The translations under genes and the position numbers were made by a program. The notes beneath the pieces were generated by a model. It was not told where the DNA came from. It saw nothing but the letters and a program-made list of their open reading frames with translations, and made no database searches. This document shows, in pieces, positions 54,842 through 63,144 of a stretch of DNA of 64,000 bases. The stretch spans positions 14,172 through 78,171 of the forward strand of contig DGEC01000041.1 of assembly GCA_002385745.1 (NCBI GenBank). The letters are read 5' to 3'. Source of the stretch: Firmicutes bacterium UBA3936. Lineage in GTDB: Bacteria > Bacillota > Dethiobacteria > Dethiobacterales > Dethiobacteraceae. Position 1 is the first letter of the stretch; every line of letters begins with the position of its first letter.

Positions 54842-56854
54842 CTAGCCCTGTTTGCTGTATTTAGAAAGCACCAATTTCATGATTTCCACCGTTTCCTGTG
54901 TATCCTGAAGTTCGCTTTTCAGCTTTCTGTTTTCGGCTTCCAGCTCAAGTATTCTTGCTGAGACAGTTTCCGGTTCCGCTTTAACAAGGGCCGGGACTTT
55001 TGCCTCTTGCCTAGTCGCCCGGGCAACCCTGCGTTTTGTGGATTCGTCTATCTCAATTACAAAATCCTCGGTGGTAAGTTCATTGAACTTGCCGCGGGGC
55101 ACATAGTGTGTATGAAGCAGTTCGTGGGATTTAGGCCCGTTAGGCTCCCCCAGGTACTTTTCATACAGCAGCTTAATATAGGGATTTTCATGTGATTTGC
55201 GGTATTGTTTGCTTTCATCTTCGGAATAAAGGCCGGACATCCTTTTTTCGCGCACATCGGGATCACTGCTTCTCGGCTGTCCTCCGCCCATCATGCAGCC
55301 GCCCGGGCAGCCCATGACTTCAATAAAATGGTACGGCGACTCTCCCTTTGCCAGCTGCTCCATAAGCATTCTTGCCCCGGCAAGCCCGCTTGTCACGGCT
55401 ACCTTCAACTCCAGCCCTTCCATGAAACTGTATTCGGGAAGCACATCAATAAATTTTATTGTCGCTGTTTTTATTTGCTCGAGGCCGACAATGGGCGTAA
55501 CATGCAAGCCGTCAAAGGGAATTTCCCTTCCCGTCACCAGTTCGTAGGCCGTGCGCAGGGCGGCTTCCATAACTCCGCCGGTCAGCCCGAAAATATCCGC
55601 CGCTCCTGTGGACAGGCCGAGCGGATTGTCAAACTCCTCGTCCGGAAGAGTTAAAAAGTCTATGCCAGCAGTTTTAATCATTTGCGCAAGTTCGCGTGTC
55701 GTGATGACGGCGTCCACATTTTTATTGCCGTTGTTTACCATTTCCTCGCGCTCTATTTCAAATTTCTTGGCCGTACAGGGCATGACTGAAACAGTATAAA
55801 TGTTTTCCGGCTTCACATTAATGCTCTCGGCATAGAAAGACTTGACCAGAGCGCCGAGCATGCAATGGGGCGACTTGCAGGTTGACAAATGGTTAAGCAG
55901 TTCGTAGAAGTTGTGCTCAATAAATTTAATCCAACCCGGGCTGCAGCTTGTGATCATGGGCAGGACCGCGCCTTTCCCCGTCAGAGCGTCTCTGGCCCTG
56001 GTGAGGAACTCCGTAACTTCTTCCATTATTGTCAGATCGGCGGCAAAATTCGTGTCAAATACCCGCTTAAATCCCAGCCTGCGCAGGGCGGCCGCCAATT
56101 TTCCGGTTACCCTGGAACCTGCCGGCAGGCCGAATTCCTCACCCAGAGCAACCCGGACAGCGGGGGCAACCTGAACTACTGTAAATTTTCGCGGGTCGGA
56201 AAGCGCCTCCCAGACATCCCTTGTAGAGTCGGTCTCATTAAGTGCCCCTACCGGGCAGACGATGGTACACTGGCCGCAAAGGGCGCAGTTAACTTTGCCC
56301 AAAGGAAGTTTCATAGCCGGGCCAATCTCCGTTTTAAAGCCCCTGTTCTGCGGGCTCATGGCTCCCACTCCCTGGATCTCATTGCAGACAGTAACACAGC
56401 GGCGGCACAGTATACACTTCGTCATATCCCTGGTGACGGAAACGGATGCATCAACCTGGAAAGGCGAGCGTTCTCCCTCAAACCTGGTGTCGTCAACACC
56501 AAGCAGCTTGCCCAAGGCCTGGAATTCACAGGACAAGTTCCGGGAGCAAGTCAGACAGTCCTGTGAATGGTCTGAAAGCATCAGCTCATAGAGCATCTTT
56601 CTTGCCCTGCGCACCCTCTCTGTATTGGTGTGGACGACCATTCCTTCGGCCACCTGGGTAATACAGGAGGCCTGCAGGTTCTTTGCCCCTTCAACCTCGA
56701 CGACACAAATCCTGCATGCCCCAGCCTGGTGGATACCCTGCAGGTAGCAAAGGCTCGGAATATGGATGTTGTTTCTCCTGGCGGCCTCCATAATTGTTAT
56801 GCCGTCTTCGACCGTTACCTTTTGATTATTTATTGTTAGATTAACCACCCGCAT
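54842..56854 (-). CDS. hydA: [FeFe]-hydrogenase HydA-like large subunit (M3 architecture) with variant L1 motif and a C-terminal coiled-coil tail
   Basis: N-terminal 2Fe-2S, a His-ligated 4Fe-4S, and 2x CxxCxxCxxxCP. H-domain motifs FDTNFAADLTIMEE, TSCSPGW (variant), MPCTAKKFE and EVMGCPGGCMMGGGQP. SSU-like segment. The start may be GTG 56848. Confidence 0.8.
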   Translation of the reverse strand: MRVVNLTINNQKVTVEDGITIMEAARRNNIHIPSLCYLQGIHQAGACRICVVEVEGAKNLQASCITQVAEGMVVHTNTERVRRARKMLYELMLSDHSQDCLTCSRNLSCEFQALGKLLGVDDTRFEGERSPFQVDASVSVTRDMTKCILCRRCVTVCNEIQGVGAMSPQNRGFKTEIGPAMKLPLGKVNCALCGQCTIVCPVGALNETDSTRDVWEALSDPRKFTVVQVAPAVRVALGEEFGLPAGSRVTGKLAAALRRLGFKRVFDTNFAADLTIMEEVTEFLTRARDALTGKGAVLPMITSCSPGWIKFIEHNFYELLNHLSTCKSPHCMLGALVKSFYAESINVKPENIYTVSVMPCTAKKFEIEREEMVNNGNKNVDAVITTRELAQMIKTAGIDFLTLPDEEFDNPLGLSTGAADIFGLTGGVMEAALRTAYELVTGREIPFDGLHVTPIVGLEQIKTATIKFIDVLPEYSFMEGLELKVAVTSGLAGARMLMEQLAKGESPYHFIEVMGCPGGCMMGGGQPRSSDPDVREKRMSGLYSEDESKQYRKSHENPYIKLLYEKYLGEPNGPKSHELLHTHYVPRGKFNELTTEDFVIEIDESTKRRVARATRQEAKVPALVKAEPETVSARILELEAENRKLKSELQDTQETVEIMKLVLSKYSKQG

Positions 56855-59800
56855 TTACCTCCTTTCGCAGTGCAGGCAGCGCATGGACTCTGCCATGGCC
56901 GTCAGCTTATGATATCCCAAAACAACCTCTTCAAAGGTTTCCTTCCGTTTGTCAAGATCCAGCATATCCAAGGGATAGCGTCCCAGCTCAACAATTTCAT
57001 CGTCATCGTAAACGGGGTTGATTTTTATTTCCGGACCTTTGTTTAAAATTCCCCTGCCGCCCAGGTATTTGTCAATGCCAATGGCAGCCTTCTTGCCGTC
57101 GGCAATAGCCTGAATCACCGTGTCCGGCCCCCGTACCACATCTCCGCCGGCGAAGATGCCTTCCGTGGTGGTCATCATGCTGTCGTCATCCACCGTAAAG
57201 GTGCCCCAGGGAGTCAGTCCGATGTGCTCGGGCGGTATGAAAGGAAGATCGGCAGACTGGCTGACTGCGGGAATCACCGTGTCCGCTTCAATTGTGAAGT
57301 TTGAACCTTCAACCGGCACCGATTTTCTCCTGCCGTCGGCGTCAAATTCGCCCAGCTGCATGCGGATGCACTCAACGCTTGCAACCTTGCCGTCCTCGCC
57401 GGTATTAAAGCGTACAGGCTGCGTGAGTTCGAGTATTTCCACTCCTTCCTCGACGGCTTCCTTTACTTCCGACTCATAGGCAGGCATCATGCCCTTTGTC
57501 CGGCGGTAGAGTATGGTTACTTTTTTCGCTCCCAGCCTCAGGGCGGTTCTGGCCGAATCAATTGCCGTATTGCCGCCGCCGATTACCACAACCTTTTCGC
57601 CGACTTCTACTTTTTTACCGAGATTGACTGTTTTAAGAAAGGTGAGTCCGTGTATTACTCCGGGCAGGTCCTCGCCCTCAATATTTACCCGCAGCGGAAG
57701 CTGTGTCCCGGTAGCAATAAACAAAGCATCGAAACTCTTTCTCAGTTCGTCAAAACTGATATCTTTGCCGACGGTTGTGTTGAGATGGATTCTTACCCCC
57801 GCCCGCAAAACAAGGTCTATCTCACGCTGCAGGACATTTTTCGGCAGGCGGTACTCCGGTATGCCGAAGGCCAGGACCCCGCCGGCGACGCTTTCCGCTT
57901 CATAGATATCGACTTCATAACCGATGCGGGCCAGGTAATAGCCGCAAGTCAGTCCGGCGGCGCCGGCGCCGATAATGGCTACTTTCTTGCCGTTGCTCGG
58001 GAAAATAACATCACTTGTATACTCTGGTTCATGTTTGTGGGCATAATCGGCAACAAATCTTTTTATATCGCAGATGGCAACAGGCTCGTCAACCGTACCG
58101 CGGCGGCACTTGCTTTCACAGGGCCGCGTGCAAACCCGCCCGCAAATGCCCGGGAAAGGATTTTCCTGGCGGATAAGGTTATAAGCGTCAACAAACCTGC
58201 CTTCGGCCACAAGCGACATGTAGCCCGGCACATTAATGCCGGCCGGACATGTATTCTGGCAGGGAGAAATAAAGAGCTCCGAGCAAACACCCGCCCGGCA
58301 GTATTTGTTTTTGATATGTTCCTCAAACTCATGCCGGAAGTTTTCAATGGCGCTGAGTACCGGGTTGGGAGCCGTCTGCCCAAGCCCGCACATGGCTGAA
58401 TCCTTCACTGTCTCGCTCAATTCAACAAGCAGCTCGATGTCGTCTTCCTGCCCCTTTCCCCAACAGATACGTTCGAGTATTTCCAGCATCCTTTTTGTTC
58501 CGATCCGGCAGGCCACGCACTTGCCGCAGGATTCATCCTGAATAAAATCCATAAAATAGCGGGCTGTATCGACCATGCAGGTATCCTCGTTCATAACAAT
58601 CATACCGCCCGAACCCATGATGGCGCCCAAAGCCTCCAGGGTGTCATAGTCGGTCGGTGTATTTAGATTTTCGGCCGTAACACAGCCTCCTGAGGGCCCG
58701 CCCAGTTGAACCGCCTTAAAATTCTTTTTGTTGGGAATGCCACCTCCGATATCAAAAAGGACATTCCCGAGCGGCACACCGATGGGGACCTCAACAATAC
58801 CCGTATTGGCTATATCGCCGGCCAGCGCAAAAACTTTCGTCCCCTTGCTGTTTTCCGAGCCATAGCCGGCATACCATTCGGCGCCGTTGAGAATAATAGG
58901 CGGAATATTTGCAAAAGTCTCAACATTGTTGATAATCGTAGGCGCGCCGAACAAGCCCTTCTGAAACGGGTAAGGCGGCTTCTGGGCCGGCTCACCGCGG
59001 CGGCCTTCAATGGAATTCATCAGCGCCGTTTCTTCGCCGCAGACGAAAGCGCCGGCGCCAATGCGGATCTCAATGTTGAAATCAAAACCGGACCCTAAAA
59101 TATTTCTGCCCAGCAAGCCGAAGCTTTCGGCCTGCTCAATTGCCTTCCTCAGGCGCCCGATTGCCAGCGGATACTCGGCTCTGACATAAACATATCCCTG
59201 ATTGGCCCCAATGGCATAGCCGCCTATAATCATACCCTCGATCAGGGAATGCGGGTCGCCTTCAATCAGACTGCGGTCCATAAACGCACCAGGATCGCCC
59301 TCATCAGCGTTGCAGACTATATATTTGCGCTCGCCTTGGGCCTTGAGGCCGGCCTCCCATTTAATGCCTGTAGGAAACCCAGCTCCGCCCCTTCCCCGCA
59401 GGCCGGACTTTTTGACCTCCTCGACAATGTCTGCACTGCTCATTCCTTTCAGTGCCCGGGCCAGAGCAAGATAGCCGTCCCGCGCAATGTATGCTTCTAT
59501 GCTGTTATATTCCATGATACCGCAATTTCTCAGGGCAATCTTAACCTGCTGGCGGAAAAATTCAATGTCGTCAATTTTGGGAACATTTTTGTTCAGTGAG
59601 ACATCGAAAAAGGTATACTCCTCCAGGATTTCGTTGTCTACCAGATGGGCTTTGATAATTTTCTCGACCTTTTCCGGGGTAAGGTCGGTATAAAATATCC
59701 TTTCCGGTAAAATCAAAATTACCGGTCCGATGGCGCAAGTGCCTATGCATCCTGTTTCCATGACTCTGCTTGTATCGTTAAGCCCCAGCTTCTTCAGCAT

Positions 59801-59950
59801 CTCCTCAACTGCCTGCTTGATTTCTGCACATCCTGAAGACACACAGCCTGCGCCGCCGCAGACAAGGATCTGATGCTTGTAGGAATCCAATTCCCTGCTG
59901 TATTTCGCTTTTATTGCCTGAAGATCCTCAATGCTCTTAACGATGCCCAT
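56855..59950 (-). CDS. NuoF/HydB-like flavoprotein fused to a GltD/NfnB-like FAD/NADPH oxidoreductase module
   Basis: Track ORF 56855-60031. The start is moved to ATG 59950 after AAGGGGGG. Motifs GRGGAGFPTG, CNADEGDPGAF and ESCGKCVACRIG, then PCQNTCP, GICGRVCTRPCESKC, IIGAGAAGL and VIGGGNTAID. Confidence 0.8.
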   Translation of the reverse strand: MGIVKSIEDLQAIKAKYSRELDSYKHQILVCGGAGCVSSGCAEIKQAVEEMLKKLGLNDTSRVMETGCIGTCAIGPVILILPERIFYTDLTPEKVEKIIKAHLVDNEILEEYTFFDVSLNKNVPKIDDIEFFRQQVKIALRNCGIMEYNSIEAYIARDGYLALARALKGMSSADIVEEVKKSGLRGRGGAGFPTGIKWEAGLKAQGERKYIVCNADEGDPGAFMDRSLIEGDPHSLIEGMIIGGYAIGANQGYVYVRAEYPLAIGRLRKAIEQAESFGLLGRNILGSGFDFNIEIRIGAGAFVCGEETALMNSIEGRRGEPAQKPPYPFQKGLFGAPTIINNVETFANIPPIILNGAEWYAGYGSENSKGTKVFALAGDIANTGIVEVPIGVPLGNVLFDIGGGIPNKKNFKAVQLGGPSGGCVTAENLNTPTDYDTLEALGAIMGSGGMIVMNEDTCMVDTARYFMDFIQDESCGKCVACRIGTKRMLEILERICWGKGQEDDIELLVELSETVKDSAMCGLGQTAPNPVLSAIENFRHEFEEHIKNKYCRAGVCSELFISPCQNTCPAGINVPGYMSLVAEGRFVDAYNLIRQENPFPGICGRVCTRPCESKCRRGTVDEPVAICDIKRFVADYAHKHEPEYTSDVIFPSNGKKVAIIGAGAAGLTCGYYLARIGYEVDIYEAESVAGGVLAFGIPEYRLPKNVLQREIDLVLRAGVRIHLNTTVGKDISFDELRKSFDALFIATGTQLPLRVNIEGEDLPGVIHGLTFLKTVNLGKKVEVGEKVVVIGGGNTAIDSARTALRLGAKKVTILYRRTKGMMPAYESEVKEAVEEGVEILELTQPVRFNTGEDGKVASVECIRMQLGEFDADGRRKSVPVEGSNFTIEADTVIPAVSQSADLPFIPPEHIGLTPWGTFTVDDDSMMTTTEGIFAGGDVVRGPDTVIQAIADGKKAAIGIDKYLGGRGILNKGPEIKINPVYDDDEIVELGRYPLDMLDLDKRKETFEEVVLGYHKLTAMAESMRCLHCERR

Positions 59951-59963
59951 ATCATTCCCCCCT

Positions 59964-60464
59964 TTAATAATACTGCCCAAGTATCTTGTCAAGCTTATTG
60001 ACGTTGACCTGCTTATATACCGTATCATCAATCATAAACGCCGGCGCCAAGCCGCAGGCGCCAATACACCTGGCAACCTCAAAGGTAAAACTGCCGTCGT
60101 CCGTAGTTCCGCCAAGTTCAACCTGAAGCTTGTCTTGCAGGTATTCCACAATCTTTTTACCGCCACGGACATAGCAGGCCGTTCCCAGGCAGACGCGTAT
60201 GGTATGCCGGCCTCTTGGGACGGTGGAAAAGAAAGAATAAAAGGAAACAACTCCTGATACCTGGGATAGCGGGATGTTCATTTCCCTGGAGATAAACTGC
60301 TGCAGTTCCAAAGGCAAGTGTCCGTAGATTTCCTGGGCCAGGTGAAGAATCTGTACCAGACTGTCCTCTTTGCGCCTATACAAATCAATAACGTTGGCAA
60401 TCTGCGCATAAGCCCTTTCCTTCTCCTCCAGGGAAAGAGCTTCTTTTGCTGTCTCTGCAGTCAT
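59964..60464 (-). CDS. hydC: NuoE/HydC-like thioredoxin-fold [2Fe-2S] protein
   Basis: 166 aa. CLGTACYVRGG...CIGACGLAP cluster motif. Confidence 0.85.
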   Translation of the reverse strand: MTAETAKEALSLEEKERAYAQIANVIDLYRRKEDSLVQILHLAQEIYGHLPLELQQFISREMNIPLSQVSGVVSFYSFFSTVPRGRHTIRVCLGTACYVRGGKKIVEYLQDKLQVELGGTTDDGSFTFEVARCIGACGLAPAFMIDDTVYKQVNVNKLDKILGQYY

Positions 60465-60509
60465 GACATTCCTCCTCTCCGGTTTATGGGCAATTTCCTT
60501 CCATTCATT

Positions 60510-60537
60510 GTGTTAAAATAATAACAAATATTTGTTA
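60510..60537. promoter_or_regulatory. Rex-like operator candidate (three TGTTA/TAACA half-sites)
   Basis: GTGTTAAAATAATAACAA (60510-60527) matches the clostridial Rex consensus TTGTTAANNNNTTAACAA at 12/14 defined positions. It overlaps the perfect palindrome TAACAAATATTTGTTA (60522-60537). It lies 46-73 nt upstream of hydC. Confidence 0.4.
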
Positions 60538-60593
60538 GATTATTATGATACTCGAGAAACCATTTACGATGTTTTGAGAAAAATATTAAAACT

Positions 60594-60612
60594 TTTCATC
60601 ATAATTTCATCA
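60594..60612. repeat. direct repeat TTTCATCA x2 at 11-bp spacing in the hyd upstream region
   Basis: TTTCATCA at 60594-60601 and 60605-60612. A related ATCATCACA is at 60645-60653. Confidence 0.5.
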
Positions 60613-60812
60613 CATTTTCTATCAATATAACAGAATCATCACAATTATTCAAATATTCTCTCAATAGTGCCTTGCGCTGTAAAAGGATTTCTTTACACAT
60701 TCTTTCGCCATATTCAAATTCTTTCGGGCTTTTGAAGGCGGAAGTTTATTTTATTCCCGGCTAATGATATTATTTAGACAGATTTACAGGGTTGACAGCA
60801 AGGAGTGAGACT

Positions 60813-61700
60813 GTGAACAGCGGGAAAGCAGCCGCAAGGCAGAAGAGGAATAAACTGCAGTTGCTGCTGGCAAGGAAAGCACAAAAAAGCAGACTGCCCC
60901 TTAGCCTCTGCCTGTATGATTTTTCTACCGGCCTGTGGGTGGAAGTAAACGCCCGTAAAAAGATTTATCCCGCCAGTTTAATTAAAGTTCTTTATCTGCT
61001 TACGGCCTTAAAGCGGCTTGAGCAGGGCCATTTGTCCCTTGACGACCGGCATGTCTTGACAGAACAGGATAAATACGCCGGAAATACCCGTGTTGCCGGT
61101 ACCGGCATTCTGCAGTTTGCCAAAGCAGGAAGCAGTTATACTGTGGAGGAGCTGCTCAACCTGATGATCAGCGAAAGCGACAATGTTGCCGCCAACATCA
61201 TCCTTGACCTACTTGGCCCCCAGGCGATAACGGCTATGGCTGCGCAGCTGGGGCTTGAGAACACCGGTGGCACAAGAAAGATGTATGACCTGGAATCAAC
61301 ACAGCCTGCCAATTCATCCACCGCCCGCGAGCTTACTCAGATGCTTGTCGCCCTGGAAAACAACTTGGTTTGCGGCCAAGCCCTAAAGGAGTTTGCCGTT
61401 TCCATGCTGCTGCAAACAAAAAATAAAAGCCGCATCGGCCGTTATTTGGCAAGAAGCGGCATTCGTGCAGCCAACAAAGCAGGCACAGTGGACCGGATGG
61501 TTGGAGATATGGCTTTGCTCTATTTCCCAAACCGGCCCCCGGCAGCCTTGACCGTACTGGTTGAGATTCCGGCCATACGGCCAGTATTCGTAAAAAAGCT
61601 TAATCATCTTGCAGCGGAAAAAATCATCGGCCGCCTGGCCCGTGCCGCGGTAAAAGAACTGCTTTCAAGCGCAGCCCGCTGTCCCGCAGAGGACCAATAG
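60813..61700 (+). CDS. class A beta-lactamase-fold serine hydrolase without a recognisable signal peptide
   Basis: Track ORF 60792-61700. GTG 60813, 6 nt after AAGGAG, is the likelier start. SxxK (SLIK), SDN (SESDN) and a KAG triad variant. Confidence 0.65.
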   Translation: MNSGKAAARQKRNKLQLLLARKAQKSRLPLSLCLYDFSTGLWVEVNARKKIYPASLIKVLYLLTALKRLEQGHLSLDDRHVLTEQDKYAGNTRVAGTGILQFAKAGSSYTVEELLNLMISESDNVAANIILDLLGPQAITAMAAQLGLENTGGTRKMYDLESTQPANSSTARELTQMLVALENNLVCGQALKEFAVSMLLQTKNKSRIGRYLARSGIRAANKAGTVDRMVGDMALLYFPNRPPAALTVLVEIPAIRPVFVKKLNHLAAEKIIGRLARAAVKELLSSAARCPAEDQ

Positions 61701-61725
61701 CAAGCACCCGGTCGGAAGTATAAAT

Positions 61726-61757
61726 ACAAAAACCGCCACATCCTTGTGGCGGAATTT
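61726..61757. terminator. bidirectional terminator
   Basis: CCGCCACA-tcct-TGTGGCGG flanked by an A-run and AATTT. Confidence 0.7.
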
Positions 61758-61761
61758 ATGT

Positions 61762-62421
61762 TTACGGCTGCAATTCTTCGTAGACATCAACAGACACTAT
61801 GTTGTAGCCGCGCTCTCTGAGCGCCTTTGTCACGGAATCCCCGTCTTCAGTAGTAAGTCTGATCACAACCAGCGCCTTTTCCGTATTTTCCCTGAAAACG
61901 GCAATCCGTGAAATATTGGCGCCGCAGTCTCTGATGACTTCGGCCATGTCAGCCAGTACACCGGGCTTATCTACCGTTAAAATTGTAATGCGGATCCCCT
62001 GCTCCCTTACTCCCAAAAGGTCTATAAAGGCATCGAAAATATTTGTTTCCGTAATTATTCCCACTAATTTGCCGTCTTCGCAAACCGGCAGTGCTCCAAT
62101 CTTATGATCTCGCATCAAAAGAGCAGCTTCCTCCAGGAGCGCATCCGGGGAAACCGTGATGACGTTTTGCCGCTTGGGAAGCACATCGCCTATTTTCATT
62201 TTCGCCAGCAAATAGTTGATTTCAAAGACACTCAGACTGGTAGCCGGTGAAGGGGATACTTCAATTAGGTCCCGTTCCGTAACGATTCCTACCAGCTTGT
62301 CTTTTTCCATAACAGGCAGGCGGCGAATACTGTTGTTTCGCATAATATCCAATGCTTCGGCAATAGTTGTCTCGCGGGTAATGGTAATGGGATTTTTAGA
62401 CATCCGTGAACGTACATACAT
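61762..62421 (-). CDS. CBS-pair + ACT domain protein (AcuB-like)
   Basis: 219 aa with two CBS motifs and then a C-terminal ACT-like domain (RITILTVDKPGVLADMAEVI). Confidence 0.7.
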   Translation of the reverse strand: MYVRSRMSKNPITITRETTIAEALDIMRNNSIRRLPVMEKDKLVGIVTERDLIEVSPSPATSLSVFEINYLLAKMKIGDVLPKRQNVITVSPDALLEEAALLMRDHKIGALPVCEDGKLVGIITETNIFDAFIDLLGVREQGIRITILTVDKPGVLADMAEVIRDCGANISRIAVFRENTEKALVVIRLTTEDGDSVTKALRERGYNIVSVDVYEELQP

Positions 62422-62436
62422 CTTAAATCCTCCTTT

Positions 62437-63141
62437 TTACCCTCCCAGGTATGCTTTTTTAATTTGCTCGCTCTCCGCCAATTCCTGCGCAGGCCCGGAA
62501 GTCACAATCCGTCCGGTTTCCAGGACATACGCCCGGTTGGCAATGGACAGAGCCATCTTTGCATTTTGTTCCACCAGAAGAATTGTGGTGCCGGCTTCAT
62601 TAATTTCCTTAATAATAGAGAAGATTTCTTTGACCAGAATGGGCGCCAGCCCCATAGAAGGTTCATCCAAAAGCAAAAGTTTCGGTTGAGCCATTAAAGC
62701 CCGTCCCATGGCCAGCATTTGCTGCTCCCCGCCGCTCAGGGTCCCGGCCCGCTGGTTCAGCCTTTCGCGCAAACGGGGAAATTTTTCATAAACTTTCTCC
62801 AGTGTTTTTTTAAGACCTTCCTTCCCTTTCTGCAGGTAAGCACCCATTTCCAAATTCTCACGCACCGATAAATTGGCAAATATCCTGCGTCCCTCAGGAA
62901 CCTGGGAGATGCCCATTCTAACAATTTCCTGGGCGGGACTAAAGGATATGTCTCGCCCGGAAAACATGATTTTGCCTCTTTTTTGTCTGATTAAACCGGA
63001 AATCGTTTGCAAGGATGTACTCTTCCCTGCTCCGTTGGCGCCGATCAAAGTTACAATTTCCCCTTCCTTCACTTCCAGGGAAACGCCTTTTAAAGCATGA
63101 ATAGCACCATAATAAACATCAATATTCTCTACTTTAAGCAT
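62437..63141 (-). CDS. livF: branched-chain amino acid ABC transporter ATP-binding protein LivF
   Basis: GANGAGKST, LSGGEQQML, LLLLDEPSMGLAP. Confidence 0.85.
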   Translation of the reverse strand: MLKVENIDVYYGAIHALKGVSLEVKEGEIVTLIGANGAGKSTSLQTISGLIRQKRGKIMFSGRDISFSPAQEIVRMGISQVPEGRRIFANLSVRENLEMGAYLQKGKEGLKKTLEKVYEKFPRLRERLNQRAGTLSGGEQQMLAMGRALMAQPKLLLLDEPSMGLAPILVKEIFSIIKEINEAGTTILLVEQNAKMALSIANRAYVLETGRIVTSGPAQELAESEQIKKAYLGG

Positions 63142-63144
63142 TCG

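Noticed and set aside
60522-60537. The perfect palindrome TAACAAATATTTGTTA as a canonical Rex box in its own right.
   Set aside because: The half-site order (ACAA...TTGT) is inverted relative to the Rex consensus (TTGT...ACAA). It is kept only as part of the three-half-site arrangement.
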